Shown piece after piece: positions 30,266-40,183 of a stretch of DNA of 64,000 nt. The notes beneath the pieces were generated by a model. The model worked only from the letters and a program-made list of their open reading frames with translations, did not search any database and was not told where the DNA came from. Every line of letters starts with the position of its first letter. The first letter of the stretch is position 1. The stretch covers positions 1,637,188 to 1,701,187 of the forward strand of contig CBDCYI010000011.1 of NCBI GenBank assembly GCA_965224085.1, in the 5' to 3' direction. The DNA comes from Candidatus Marinacidobacterales bacterium (GTDB lineage: Bacteria > Acidobacteriota > Vicinamibacteria > Marinacidobacterales > SMYC01). The translations under genes were made by a program, and so were the position numbers.

Positions 30266-31471
30266 TCACCCGCGTGCTTGCTGGCTCGCTATCTCACCCT
30301 CGAGCTGCGCGCGATCATCACGCACGCGCGTCGTGAGAAGAGCGACGACGAATACCACGATGCCCGCGACGTGAAACGGGACGCCGGAGCTGAAGCGCTC
30401 GAAGGCTGCGCCCGCCCAGATGGGGCCGAGGATGCGGGCGACGGCTCCGAATGCTTGTTGGACGCCCATAACTTGTCCCAGCTGTTTCGGATCGCAGCGC
30501 TGGCTCAAAAGAGCGCTCGTCGCCGGGAACAAGAGCGCGGTGCCGATGGGCATCAAAGTCATCACGAACATGAGCAAGGCGATGTGCGTCGGCAAAGGAA
30601 AAGTAAAAAGCCCCAGAGCTAAGAGCACGGAGCCGGCGTTCATCAGCTTGACCTCGCCGAAGCGCGTCACGAGTCGGCCGAGAACACCGGCCCTTATGAC
30701 GACCGACACCGCTCCCATCAGCAAGAACGGGTAGCCGATGCTGGCCTCGTCCATCGAGAACCGCTCCATCAAGTAGATGGACAAGACCGCCGTCATCGAG
30801 CTGAAGCCTGTCATGGTCACCGCGTAGATCAAGATGAGTTGGGAGACGTCGCCGGTGGGGTGTCGTACCGTCTCCCAGAACATGCTGCGGATCGAGCGGC
30901 GCTCTTTATGCGCCGCGGGTCGATGCGTGCGCGATTCGGGCAGCAACCACCAGACGAACACCAAGTTCACAAGACATAGGCTCGCCGCAAGGAGGCCCGG
31001 CGCTTGCGCCCCAAAACGCCACGCCGACGAGCCGAGGACGGGCCCGAGCATGACGCCGGTATTCGTTGCCGCGGAAAGCCATCCCAGCGCTTTCGTGCGG
31101 TCGCTGGGCTCCACGGAATCGCCGATATAGGCTTGCATCACGCCGGTCGATCCGCCCGACGCGCCTTGGACGATCCGCGAGAGGAAGAGCATCCCGATGG
31201 AATCCGCAAAGGCGAAGATCGTAAACGCGGTAACGGAGCCCGCGAGGCTCACCATGAGCGCAGGGCGCCGACCGAAGCGGTCCGACAATCGGCCCCAGAG
31301 AGGGGACGCGGCGAACTGGGCCACCGAGAACGACGCGACCATGAGTCCTATCGTGAAAGCGTCCGCGTCGAGCCGAACGGCATAGATCGGCAATAGTGGG
31401 AACACCATCGCGTAGCCGAGCATGTCGACGAACGCGTTGAGAAGGAGTACCCAGAGTTTGCTGAGGCTCAG
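30266..31471 (-). CDS. MFS transporter (TetA-like)
   Basis: WGRLSDRFGRRP and multiple TM segments; frame extends to a CTG at 31471 preceded by AGGAG. Confidence 0.88.
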   Translation of the reverse strand: MSLSKLWVLLLNAFVDMLGYAMVFPLLPIYAVRLDADAFTIGLMVASFSVAQFAASPLWGRLSDRFGRRPALMVSLAGSVTAFTIFAFADSIGMLFLSRIVQGASGGSTGVMQAYIGDSVEPSDRTKALGWLSAATNTGVMLGPVLGSSAWRFGAQAPGLLAASLCLVNLVFVWWLLPESRTHRPAAHKERRSIRSMFWETVRHPTGDVSQLILIYAVTMTGFSSMTAVLSIYLMERFSMDEASIGYPFLLMGAVSVVIRAGVLGRLVTRFGEVKLMNAGSVLLALGLFTFPLPTHIALLMFVMTLMPIGTALLFPATSALLSQRCDPKQLGQVMGVQQAFGAVARILGPIWAGAAFERFSSGVPFHVAGIVVFVVALLTTRVRDDRAQLEGEIASQQARG

Positions 31472-32280
31472 GCGAGTCTCCTAGCATCTCCGAGCGCGGC
31501 GAGGCGGATTCCTGCGCAAAGCCGTTCCGCGTGCGCTTGGTCCTCCCGGCTGAGGACTTCATCGCCGAAGCGAACTCGGTAGTAGAGTAGCGTCACTTCC
31601 GTGATGCCTGGCAAGCTCGCTTCCAGCTGTCGGGCGAACTCGAATGCGGTCTCGCCGAGCGGCTTCTCGATACCGAGTTGCGCGAGTAGCCCGAGGAGCT
31701 TGGCGTAGAAACGGACCGGCGGCTCACCGCCAGCCAATTTCGTACGCCATGGCCAGAACGGGAAGCGGAAACGAAACTCTCGGGCGAGAGAGGTGTGTCC
31801 AAGGACCCAGACGACGAGAAGGAACAAAAAAGCTCCACCGACAGCTGTCTTGTAACGTCTCACTAAGGCGATGCTTCGAGCCGCCGCGACGAGCACCGCG
31901 TCCCCTACGCGCACGACGTTTCCGAACACACCTCGCTGCCGCTCGACATCGAACGCCACAACGTACATGTCCCACAACATACGCAGTGAGTCGTTTCCCT
32001 GCGAAAGTATGCTGACATCCCGGAAAGCCGCGTCGCCGCTCGAGGCGGGTGTTGGGTCGAAAGCCACCCAGCCGCGCTGGCGGTCGAAGACTTCGACCCA
32101 AGCGTGGGCGTTCGTCTTGCGCACGACTTCGAACTCTCCGACGTTGTTGATCTCGCCGCGGGTGAAACCTGTCACGAGACGCGAGGGAATGTCGCGCGCA
32201 CGCATCATCATCACCATCGCGGTCGCGAAGTACTCGCAATGCCCGGCGCGAGCTTCGAAAAGAAAGTCTTCCAACGGCTC
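31468..32280 (-). pseudogene. TgpA-like transglutaminase/DUF4129 protein, N-terminal half missing
   Basis: GHCEYFATAM, NAHAWVEV, FDPTP, GETAFEFA, YYRVRFG; begins mid-domain. Confidence 0.75.
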
Positions 32281-32313
32281 GGGATGGGAGCTCTGCCATC
32301 GACATCGGGGCTG

Positions 32314-32342
32314 TTGACCGAAACCTCAGCTTTTGTTACTTT
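32314..32342 (+). promoter_or_regulatory. tRNA promoter
   Basis: TTGACC-17 bp-TACTTT, with TG extension. Confidence 0.55.
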
Positions 32343-32360
32343 TTCGACACTCGCTTCGAA

Positions 32361-32435
32361 GGGCGATTAACTCAGTGGGAGAGTGCTACCTTCACACGGT
32401 AGAAGTCGCAGGTTCAAATCCTGCATCGCCCACCA
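32361..32435 (+). tRNA. tRNA-Val(CAC)
   Basis: GGGCGAT/ATCGCCC acceptor stem, CTACC-TTCACAC-GGTAG anticodon arm, GGTTCAAATCC T-loop, encoded CCA. Confidence 0.97.
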
Positions 32436-32493
32436 CTTCCTTACGAAAGTAGCACGTTGGCGGAGTGCGGTCAAAATCTAGAAAAACAAGCGT

Positions 32494-33402
32494 TTAGAGC
32501 GCCGCGAAGTCGGTCAGGTCCTTGAAAGCCTGGTAGCGCTCGTGCACCTCGCCGCGCGACAGCCGCTCGAGGCGCCGCGTGCCGAGTTCCTCGACACAAA
32601 ACGAACCGAGAACGCTCCCGAAAATAATCGCTTGGCGGACTTCTTTATCCGTGGGCTCCTGGTGGGTCGCCAAATAACCCATGAAACCGCCGGCGAAGCT
32701 GTCCCCAGCTCCCGTCGGGTCGATGACCGTCTCCAAGGGGTACGACACCGTCGCAAAACGCTCGCCTTCGCGGAAACATAAAACGCCGTACTCTCCGCGC
32801 TTGATGACGAGCGTCTTCGGCCCCATTTCACGAATCTTCGCCGCAGCAGCGACCAGATTGTGGACGTCGGCGAGCTGTCGGGCCTCCTCATCGTTGATGA
32901 CGAGCACGTCGATTCCCTTGAGCATCGCCGAGAGCTCATCGGGCGTACGCTCGATCCAGTAGTTCATGGTATCGGCGCCAATCAAGCCGGGGTTTTGGAC
33001 CTGCTTCATGACGTCGACTTGGAGGCTCGGATGGATGTTGGCGAGAAAAACGAGCTTGGAGCTCTTGTAGCGATCGGGAATGACCGGCTGAAAGTTCTCG
33101 AAGACGCCGAGCTCCGTGAAGAGCGTCGTCCGCTCCGTTAGATCTGCACTGTACTCCCCACCCCACCGAAACGTTTTCCCATCCGCTCGCTCGAGCCCGG
33201 CTAGATCGACCGACCGTCCTTCGAACACCTTCTGCTGCTCTTCGCCGAAATCGTCGCCGACGACCGCGACGACGTTCACATCGGTGAAGTGAGCCGCGGA
33301 CAACGCAAAATAGGTCGCCGCCCCGCCCACGACATCTGTCGCGTCCTCGCTCGGCGTCTTGAGATCGTCGAAGGCAACAGACCCGACTACAAGAATGGAC
33401 AC
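32494..33402 (-). CDS. PfkB-family sugar/nucleoside kinase
   Basis: GGAATY, INDEEA, DPTGAGDSFAGGF. Confidence 0.92.
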   Translation of the reverse strand: MSILVVGSVAFDDLKTPSEDATDVVGGAATYFALSAAHFTDVNVVAVVGDDFGEEQQKVFEGRSVDLAGLERADGKTFRWGGEYSADLTERTTLFTELGVFENFQPVIPDRYKSSKLVFLANIHPSLQVDVMKQVQNPGLIGADTMNYWIERTPDELSAMLKGIDVLVINDEEARQLADVHNLVAAAAKIREMGPKTLVIKRGEYGVLCFREGERFATVSYPLETVIDPTGAGDSFAGGFMGYLATHQEPTDKEVRQAIIFGSVLGSFCVEELGTRRLERLSRGEVHERYQAFKDLTDFAAL

Positions 33403-33412
33403 GAAACCTCTC

Positions 33413-34276
33413 TCACTTTACGTATTTTCCGATAATGGGCGCGAGGTCCCGCTTGACCGCCTCCGAGACATAATCCGGCTGCGTGATGATCGCGTTCCTA
33501 AGCGCGTTGGCATGCGGCGACGGCTCGTCGAGGTCGAGCTGTGTGACCGTTTCGACGATGATTTGGCGCGCACTCTCGGCGTTCTTCCCCAAGTTCTCGA
33601 TAATTTGCTCGACCGTCACCGACGAGTGGCTGACATGCCAGCAGTCGTAATCCGTCACGAGCGCCATGGTCGCATAGCCGATCTCCGCCTCACGCGCGAG
33701 CTTCGCCTCCTGCAAATTGGTCATGCCGATGACGTGCGCACCCCAAGAGCGATAGAGCTCGGACTCGGCGAGCGTCGAGAACTGCGGGCCTTCCATGCAA
33801 ACATAGGTCCCGCCGCGGCGCATGCGTGCGTCGATTTTTTTGCCCGCTTCGTACATGAGCTTCGACAATCGCTCGCAAAACGGCTTCGAGAACTCCACGT
33901 GGGCCGCGAGCCCGTTCCCGAAGAAGGTCGAGATACGCCCACGCGTGCGGTCGATAAACTGATCCGGGATGACGACGTCGAGCGGGTGGATGTCCTCCTT
34001 GAGTGAGCCGACGGCGCTCGCCGACAAAATGTGCTCGACACCGAGGAGCTTGAAGCCTAAGACGTTGGCCCTGAAATTGAGCTCGCTCGGGAGCAGCCGA
34101 TGCCCGACGCCATGCCGCGCCAGAAACGCGACTTTCTTGCCGGCTAGCTTGCCGACAACATAGTCATCCGAAGGGGCGCCAAAAGGGGTGTCGAGGGACA
34201 CTTTCTCGACGTCCTCGAGGCCCTCCATCGAGTAGAGGCCGCTTCCGCCGATGACACCAATTCTTGCTTCCGCCAT
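33413..34276 (-). CDS. mtnP: S-methyl-5'-thioadenosine phosphorylase
   Basis: [40 protein letters not shown]. Confidence 0.93.
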   Translation of the reverse strand: MAEARIGVIGGSGLYSMEGLEDVEKVSLDTPFGAPSDDYVVGKLAGKKVAFLARHGVGHRLLPSELNFRANVLGFKLLGVEHILSASAVGSLKEDIHPLDVVIPDQFIDRTRGRISTFFGNGLAAHVEFSKPFCERLSKLMYEAGKKIDARMRRGGTYVCMEGPQFSTLAESELYRSWGAHVIGMTNLQEAKLAREAEIGYATMALVTDYDCWHVSHSSVTVEQIIENLGKNAESARQIIVETVTQLDLDEPSPHANALRNAIITQPDYVSEAVKRDLAPIIGKYVK

Positions 34277-34342
34277 GTTCCGTCATCTCCTTTGCGCAAA
34301 CACACAAGCTTACAGCGACTGGAGATTCTTGGCAAGACTGGT

Positions 34343-34735
34343 TTATTTTTGCTTGAGCTCGACGAGGACGCCGTGGGTCGTCTTCGGGTGCACGAACGCG
34401 ACGAGATGACCGCCCGCCCCAGGCCGCGGTTTTTCGTCGATGAGGCGGGCGCCTTGGGCGGCGAAGTCCTGAAGTGAGGCTTGGATATCGTCGACCTCGA
34501 AGCATATGTGGTGCAAACCTTCGCCCCGCTTGTCGATGAACTTCGTAACCGTCGACGCGTCACCGAGTGGCTCGAGTAGCTCCAGGTTGCTGTCGCCGAC
34601 CGGCATGAAGAGCGCGGAAACGCCGAACTCCGGCAAGTCGTAGCGTGCGGCTTTCTCGAGGCCGAGTAGACCGCCGAAACGCCTAGACGCTTCCTCCAAG
34701 CTCTTAACGGCAATCCCCACGTGGTGGATCTTCAT
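34343..34735 (-). CDS. mce: Methylmalonyl-CoA epimerase
   Basis: MKIHHVGIAV, LELLEP, GEGLHHI, AFVHPK...GVLVEL. Confidence 0.92.
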   Translation of the reverse strand: MKIHHVGIAVKSLEEASRRFGGLLGLEKAARYDLPEFGVSALFMPVGDSNLELLEPLGDASTVTKFIDKRGEGLHHICFEVDDIQASLQDFAAQGARLIDEKPRPGAGGHLVAFVHPKTTHGVLVELKQK

Positions 34736-35604
34736 TTCAACTCCTTCAACAGGGCTTCGGCGGCATCGTAGGGTGTGACCGAACGCTCTTCGAGTTGCTG
34801 CAGCGCATCTTCCCAGGCACTGGGCGGAATCCGCTCTCGTACGATTTGCTGCACAACGCTCAAGAGCCAAGCATCCATGAGGCGTCGCTCTCTGCGCGCG
34901 CCGACGATGGCGTCGAAAAGCGGCGCGAGCCCGTCGCCCGCCAAAGCGTTGGTCTTGAGAACGGGCTTGCCGCCGGAATGGGCGTGGACTTGCTCGGCCA
35001 ATAGGTCGGCGCCGTCCCGGTCGGCTTTGTTGATGACGAGGAGGCTCGCTATCTCCATAATCCCCGCCTTGCTCGCCTGAACCTGATCCCCGAGCCCCGG
35101 CGCGAGCACCACGACCGTGACGTCCGCCACGGCGGCGACCTCCACTTCGTCCTGCCCCGCGCCTACCGTCTCGAGCAGGATGAAGTCCTTGCCAGCTACC
35201 TCGAGCAACACGAGTGCTTCGAACGCAGCACCCGACAAGCCTCCGACATGCCCGCGGGTGGCCATGCTGCGCACGAAGACGTCCGGATCCTGCGCGACGC
35301 TGTCCATGCGGGCACGGTCCCCGAGAAGCGCGCCGCCAGTAAAGGGGCTCGTCGGATCGATGGCGAGCACGGCGACATGCCGACGACGCTCTCGGGCAAG
35401 CTTGGCGAGAGCGTCCGTGAGGGTGCTCTTGCCGACGCCGGACGGTCCGGTTAAACCGACGATGATCGCGTCTTTGCGATCGGCAAACACAAGGGACAAG
35501 AGCTCGCGGGCTTCGGGACTTCGGTTTTCGACGAGGGTGAGCGCCCGGGCGAGGGCCCGCGGCTCTCCTTTGCGAAGGCGGCCCACGAGATTTTCGAGAT
35601 CCAA
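34732..35604 (-). CDS. meaB: MeaB/ArgK GTPase
   Basis: GPSGVGKST, DPTSPFTGGALLGDR, RSMATRG, NKAD. Confidence 0.92.
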   Translation of the reverse strand: MDLENLVGRLRKGEPRALARALTLVENRSPEARELLSLVFADRKDAIIVGLTGPSGVGKSTLTDALAKLARERRRHVAVLAIDPTSPFTGGALLGDRARMDSVAQDPDVFVRSMATRGHVGGLSGAAFEALVLLEVAGKDFILLETVGAGQDEVEVAAVADVTVVVLAPGLGDQVQASKAGIMEIASLLVINKADRDGADLLAEQVHAHSGGKPVLKTNALAGDGLAPLFDAIVGARRERRLMDAWLLSVVQQIVRERIPPSAWEDALQQLEERSVTPYDAAEALLKELK

Positions 35605-35625
35605 GGAGAGAGCATATAAGCCGCG

Positions 35626-36768
35626 TTACATGGAGAGCAACTGGCGCGCGATCACCATCCGCTGGATCTCGGACGTCCCTTCCCCGATGGTCATGAGCTT
35701 CGCGTCGCGGAAATAGCGCTCCGCGGGATAGTCTCGGGTATAGCCGTAGCCACCGAGAATCTGCACCGCTTCCTCTGCGGCGCGTACGGCGACTTCGCTG
35801 GCATAAAGCTTCGCCATCGCAGATTCTTTCGTCACGCGCTCTCCTTTGTCTTTCAAGAAAGCCGCGCGTTGGACGAGAAGCCGCGCCGCATCGATCTCGG
35901 TGGCCATGTCCGAGAGCTTGAAGCGAATGGCTTGGAACGTTCCGATGGCCCGCCCGAACTGCTTGCGCTGTTTGGCATAGTCGCGCGCGCAATCGAACGC
36001 GGCTTGAGCGATCCCGATCGACATCGCCGCAATGCTGATACGCCCGCCGTCGAGAACTTTGAGCGCCGCGATGAACCCGTCTCCGCGCTCGCCAAGCATG
36101 AGGCATTTCGGCACGCGGCAATTCTCGAACACCATCTCTGACGTGTCGGAGGCGCGGTGGCCGAGCTTGCGCTCTTTCTTTCCGGCGCGGAATCCTGGTG
36201 TGCCTTTGGGCACGATGAAGGCGGAGATCCTGCGCTTGTCCTTGTCTTTGTCTGTGACAGCCATCGCCACGGCTACGTCACAAACGGAGCCATTGGTCGT
36301 GAACGTCTTGCTTCCGTTGATGACCCACTCCTCACCGTCGAGAACCGCCGTCGTCTGAGTACCTCCGGCATCGCTTCCCGCGTTCGGCTCGGTAAGGCTC
36401 CAGCCACCGAGCAACTCTCCTGCTGCGAGCGGCTCCAAGAACTTCTCTTTCTGCGCGTGCGTGCCTTGCTCGTAGATATGGTTCGAGCACAACGACGTGT
36501 GCGCGGCCACGGTGATGCCTACCGAAGCATCCGCGCGCGCGAGCTCTTCGATCACGACCGCGTAATCGGCGTAGCTGAGGCCGCCCCCACCGAGCTCTTC
36601 CGGAAAAATCACCCCGAGAAAGCCGAGCTCGCCCAGCTTGCGGATCGCGTCTTTCGGAAAGATCTCTTTCTCATCCCGCTCGCTCGCGAAAGGGATGATC
36701 TCCAGTTCTGCAAACTCGCGGATCGCGCGGCGCAGCTCTTTCTGGTCATCGCTATAATCGAAATTCAT
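35626..36768 (-). CDS. Acyl-CoA dehydrogenase
   Basis: [29 protein letters not shown]. Confidence 0.95.
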   Translation of the reverse strand: MNFDYSDDQKELRRAIREFAELEIIPFASERDEKEIFPKDAIRKLGELGFLGVIFPEELGGGGLSYADYAVVIEELARADASVGITVAAHTSLCSNHIYEQGTHAQKEKFLEPLAAGELLGGWSLTEPNAGSDAGGTQTTAVLDGEEWVINGSKTFTTNGSVCDVAVAMAVTDKDKDKRRISAFIVPKGTPGFRAGKKERKLGHRASDTSEMVFENCRVPKCLMLGERGDGFIAALKVLDGGRISIAAMSIGIAQAAFDCARDYAKQRKQFGRAIGTFQAIRFKLSDMATEIDAARLLVQRAAFLKDKGERVTKESAMAKLYASEVAVRAAEEAVQILGGYGYTRDYPAERYFRDAKLMTIGEGTSEIQRMVIARQLLSM

Positions 36769-36864
36769 GGTCCCTCGTGTGTGCCCTTTTATTGTAATAC
36801 TCAGAATCGAAGTCGGCGTAACTTTATGCGCCTCTTCGACTTACCTAACGGTAAGGAACACTGC

Positions 36865-37587
36865 GTGAGACGCGTCGTATTGGTCTCTTTTTTGGTCCTC
36901 GCCTTCCTTGCGGCCGGGTTCGTGATTCTGTTATGGCAGAACCTGCCAGACGTTACCTTTCTCAATATCGAGAACCCGCAAGACACCGCGCTCATGAAAG
37001 AGCGTGGCGGCACGCGGCAGCTAGCCTGGATGGCGCTGGCCGACCTTTCGCCGCGGCTCCCACAGGCTGTGCTCATGGGTGAAGATTCCGGCTTCTACAT
37101 CCATAGCGGTTTCGACACCCGCGAAATGAAGGAAGCCTTCAAACGCAACTGGGAAGAGGGCCGCACGGTCCGAGGCGCGAGCACCATCACCCAACAGCTC
37201 GCCAAGAATCTATTCCTCTCCTCGGAGCGCAGCTATCCGCGCAAGCTCAGGGAAGCCGTGCTTACGTACCGCTTGGAGAAAGCGCTCTCGAAGGAGCGGA
37301 TTCTCGAGATCTACTTGAACGTCATCGAGTGGGGTGACGGCATCTATGGCGCCGAGGCGGCCTCCCGGGACGTGTTCGGAAAGTCCGCGAGTAACTTGAG
37401 CGCCGTCGAAGCGGCAACGCTCGCCGCAATGATCCCGAGCCCGATAAGGCTCGACCCCTGCAAGAGCCCGCAATCGGTGAGAGTCCGAAGAGACCGCATC
37501 CTGAACTGGATGCACATGGCCGAGCACCTGACCGACGCCGAGCTACGCGACGCGCTGCAGCAAAACCCGAGGCTGAGAAAGTGCTAG
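36865..37587 (+). CDS. mtgA: Monofunctional peptidoglycan transglycosylase
   Basis: GTG 36865, TM, EDSGF, RGASTITQQLAKNLFL, EIYLNVIEWG. Confidence 0.9.
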   Translation: MRRVVLVSFLVLAFLAAGFVILLWQNLPDVTFLNIENPQDTALMKERGGTRQLAWMALADLSPRLPQAVLMGEDSGFYIHSGFDTREMKEAFKRNWEEGRTVRGASTITQQLAKNLFLSSERSYPRKLREAVLTYRLEKALSKERILEIYLNVIEWGDGIYGAEAASRDVFGKSASNLSAVEAATLAAMIPSPIRLDPCKSPQSVRVRRDRILNWMHMAEHLTDAELRDALQQNPRLRKC

Positions 37588-37702
37588 GGCCGACCTCTAA
37601 TTCCCCCTCGGCGTCAGACGTTCCAGCTCTTAGAACCAGTTTACGATCACGTGAATCAGCGAGAGCACCTCTGTTCTCCAATTGCCGCAGTTCGCCACCC
37701 AA

Positions 37703-38917
37703 CTATTGTTTCGCGAAAGGCAGCCGATTCAGCCCAACCCGCCCGTTGCTAACGACAACGATGACGTCCTGCACCGCCCGGATGTCCTCGAGTGGATTAC
37801 CGGAAACAACGAGGATATCCGCCTCCATACCCACTTCCAAAAGACCCGTTCGATCCGAAATCCCGAGCATCTCCGTCGCAACCACCGTCGCCGAGCGAAT
37901 CGCCTCGAGCGGCGTCATCCCGAGCTTCACGAAGTTGACCATCTCTATCGTGATGCGAACGACGCTCTCCGGCCCATAGCTCGTATCCGCCCCGGTAGCG
38001 ATAGGAATGCCCATCGCGTGCGCGCGCTTGATCGTCTCTTCGATATGCGGGAGCATGTGCAAGCCGCGGATCTTGACGACCGGGTTGTCGTAGTCCCCGC
38101 CCGGCTCGATGAGATCGATCATCGTCGTATAAGTCGGGACGAAGTAGGTACCCTTCTCTTTCATGAGCAAGAGCGTCTCATCCGACATGTAGGTCCCGTG
38201 ATCGATGCTACGAACCCCAGCCATAACCGCCGCGCGCGCACCTTCGTCCCCATGCGCGTGGCAGAGTACCGAAATGCCGTGCTTGGCCGCTTCGTCGACA
38301 ACGACCTGCAGCTGCTCCGACGTATAGACCTGCTCCCGCGGATCCGTCGTGGGCGTCCCCGCGCGCTCGGTCCCGCGCGTTTTGATGACGCGCGCGCCGT
38401 TCTCGATATTCACCCTCACGAGCGTCCGCAAATCGTCTTCGGTCTCGATGGGAACCGCGAGATGCATGAGACGAGCGTCCGCAAGCACACCGCCGCCGAT
38501 GTAAGGCGTCACGTAGACCCCGGCCCCGAGATATTCCGGGCCCGCGAGGATCCCCGTCTCGGTCATCTCCCCAATTACGACGTCACGATAAGAGCCAACG
38601 CTTGCGCCGCGCACGGTGGTCACGCCGGAGCGAAGCGCGCGCTCAGCTTGTGCGAGCGCATCGAGGTGAGTGTGCGCGTCGATGAGACCGGGCAAGACGT
38701 AAGCGCCCTCGAGGTCGATAATCTCTGCGTCCGACGGAGGCGCCCCCGTGCCAATAGAAACGATGGTGCCACCTTGGAGCACAACGGTGGCCCCGGCGGT
38801 CACGTCGCCGGTGCGAACATCGATAACGTTGGCGTCAACGAGAGCGAGATGAGGCTGAGGCTGAGGCTGAGGTTGGCCCTGACTCGCAAGAGCCAGGGCC
38901 AACACAAAGAAGAACAA
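37703..38917 (-). CDS. Secreted amidohydrolase (start uncertain)
   Basis: PGLIDAHTH, HAHG, IDHG, GAD; QP repeat linker after the signal peptide. Confidence 0.85.
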   Translation of the reverse strand: MFFFVLALALASQGQPQPQPQPHLALVDANVIDVRTGDVTAGATVVLQGGTIVSIGTGAPPSDAEIIDLEGAYVLPGLIDAHTHLDALAQAERALRSGVTTVRGASVGSYRDVVIGEMTETGILAGPEYLGAGVYVTPYIGGGVLADARLMHLAVPIETEDDLRTLVRVNIENGARVIKTRGTERAGTPTTDPREQVYTSEQLQVVVDEAAKHGISVLCHAHGDEGARAAVMAGVRSIDHGTYMSDETLLLMKEKGTYFVPTYTTMIDLIEPGGDYDNPVVKIRGLHMLPHIEETIKRAHAMGIPIATGADTSYGPESVVRITIEMVNFVKLGMTPLEAIRSATVVATEMLGISDRTGLLEVGMEADILVVSGNPLEDIRAVQDVIVVVSNGRVGLNRLPFAKQ

Positions 38918-38918
38918 G

Positions 38919-39698
38919 CTAGAAGCCTTCGAGCTTGCCGGCTTTCTTGTAGCACTGCCAGATGATGTGCCAGCCGAGCGCAATGATGACGAGCCAGGCG
39001 ACCCAGTAGTACGCGCCCGGAATACCCCAATTACCGCCCGCGAAGTACTGGTTGTGCTGCACGACCATCGCCCAGAAGAGCGGCAAGGACATGTAGGTGT
39101 TGTGCTTCGAGCGGAGGCCGGCGAGCGCCGGGTCCGCTTTATCTGGAGCCTCCCCGTTTTTCACAGCGCGGATGATCCGCTGCTGCGCGGGCCAGATGCG
39201 GTACCAGACATTGAACGCCATCGCGCTTCCGAATAAGGCGCCCGTGTGAATCAGTGTGCCGCGATAGGTGAAATGACCGAAGTAAACGAACAACGCGACC
39301 ACTCCTGCGAGCAGAATGAAAGTCACGATGACGGCCGCCCTCAGGTTCTCCTTCAGGCTACTCTTCCACAGGGCGTCGTAGACGAATACGCCGAGAAACG
39401 TTACGGCGACCATGATGATGACGCCGGGCGACCAGCCATCAGGTGACAAATTCTCGTTCACGTATGCGTAGTAGACCATGATGAGAAGCAGAACGCCGGT
39501 GATCCACGTCCACGCCGCGCCCCAACGGAACCAGTAAAGTGCGCGCGGCATAAGCTCAGGGACGACTTGTTTCTTCGCAGCCGCGTCGAGCTTCGCGACC
39601 ATCTGCCCGTTTACAAAATTGAAGTAATAGAGGTGTCCAATCCAGAGAATCCCGACGAAAATATGCAGCCATCGAAAGATTGCCTCTAATCCCAGCAT
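38919..39698 (-). CDS. Urate hydroxylase PuuD-like membrane domain without cytochrome c
   Basis: RWLH...WIG, RW.A..TW.TG, FNVW..IWP.Q, RSKHNTY..LP. Confidence 0.8.
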   Translation of the reverse strand: MLGLEAIFRWLHIFVGILWIGHLYYFNFVNGQMVAKLDAAAKKQVVPELMPRALYWFRWGAAWTWITGVLLLIMVYYAYVNENLSPDGWSPGVIIMVAVTFLGVFVYDALWKSSLKENLRAAVIVTFILLAGVVALFVYFGHFTYRGTLIHTGALFGSAMAFNVWYRIWPAQQRIIRAVKNGEAPDKADPALAGLRSKHNTYMSLPLFWAMVVQHNQYFAGGNWGIPGAYYWVAWLVIIALGWHIIWQCYKKAGKLEGF

Positions 39699-39905
39699 TT
39701 CCCCTCCTAGGGTCTTGTATAAAAACTGTTCGCGCTCCGCGCTCACATCTGATTCCCTCGAAGGAGCCCGAACGCGGACGATTGCGGCGCGAGTCTACCA
39801 TCGCGACTTTTTGCTGTCCATAGGCTCATAGCCGGTCAGAAACGAGGATTTTGTTCACACTTTCGAACTTCGTCCAGCGCAGCCTGCGGCTGCAACCAAA
39901 AGGGG

Positions 39906-40118
39906 ATGGCCACAGAGGCACAGAGGCACAGAGGCAGAGAGAAAGCCAGAGCGAACGAAGAGCACTCGGCAGGCTCCATTGTTGCCTCTGTGTTCGACGC
40001 TGCTAGCAGCGTCATCCCGGCGGACGATGACGTCGTGAGCTCCTTGGAACACCTCGTTGCGCCCAGCGGAAACGGTAAGTGTTTTCGAAACTCTGTGTCT
40101 CTGTGTCTCTGTAGCCAT
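39906..40118. repeat. Inverted pair of (CACAGAGR)3 octamer arms around a 157-bp spacer
   Basis: ATGGCCACAGAGGCACAGAGGCACAGAG 39906-39933 versus CTCTGTGTCTCTGTGTCTCTGTAGCCAT 40091-40118. Confidence 0.85.
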
Positions 40119-40183
40119 TCTCAAGGCGCCTCATGCGGACGATTTGAGGAGCGGCCGAGCCTTCAGATTTACCTGGCTAGCAC

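Noticed and set aside
32281-32490. Integrative element at tRNA-Val
   Set aside because: No integrase and no duplicated tRNA 3' end seen in the window
34343-36121. 592-aa ORF appearing to be a fusion to mce
   Set aside because: Only the last 130 aa are real; the rest is an alternate frame over meaB and the acyl-CoA dehydrogenase. Similar over-extended starts occur at 5507, 13380, 18742, 36157 and 55382.
38850-38875. GGCTGA tandem repeat
   Set aside because: In-frame Gln-Pro linker after a signal peptide
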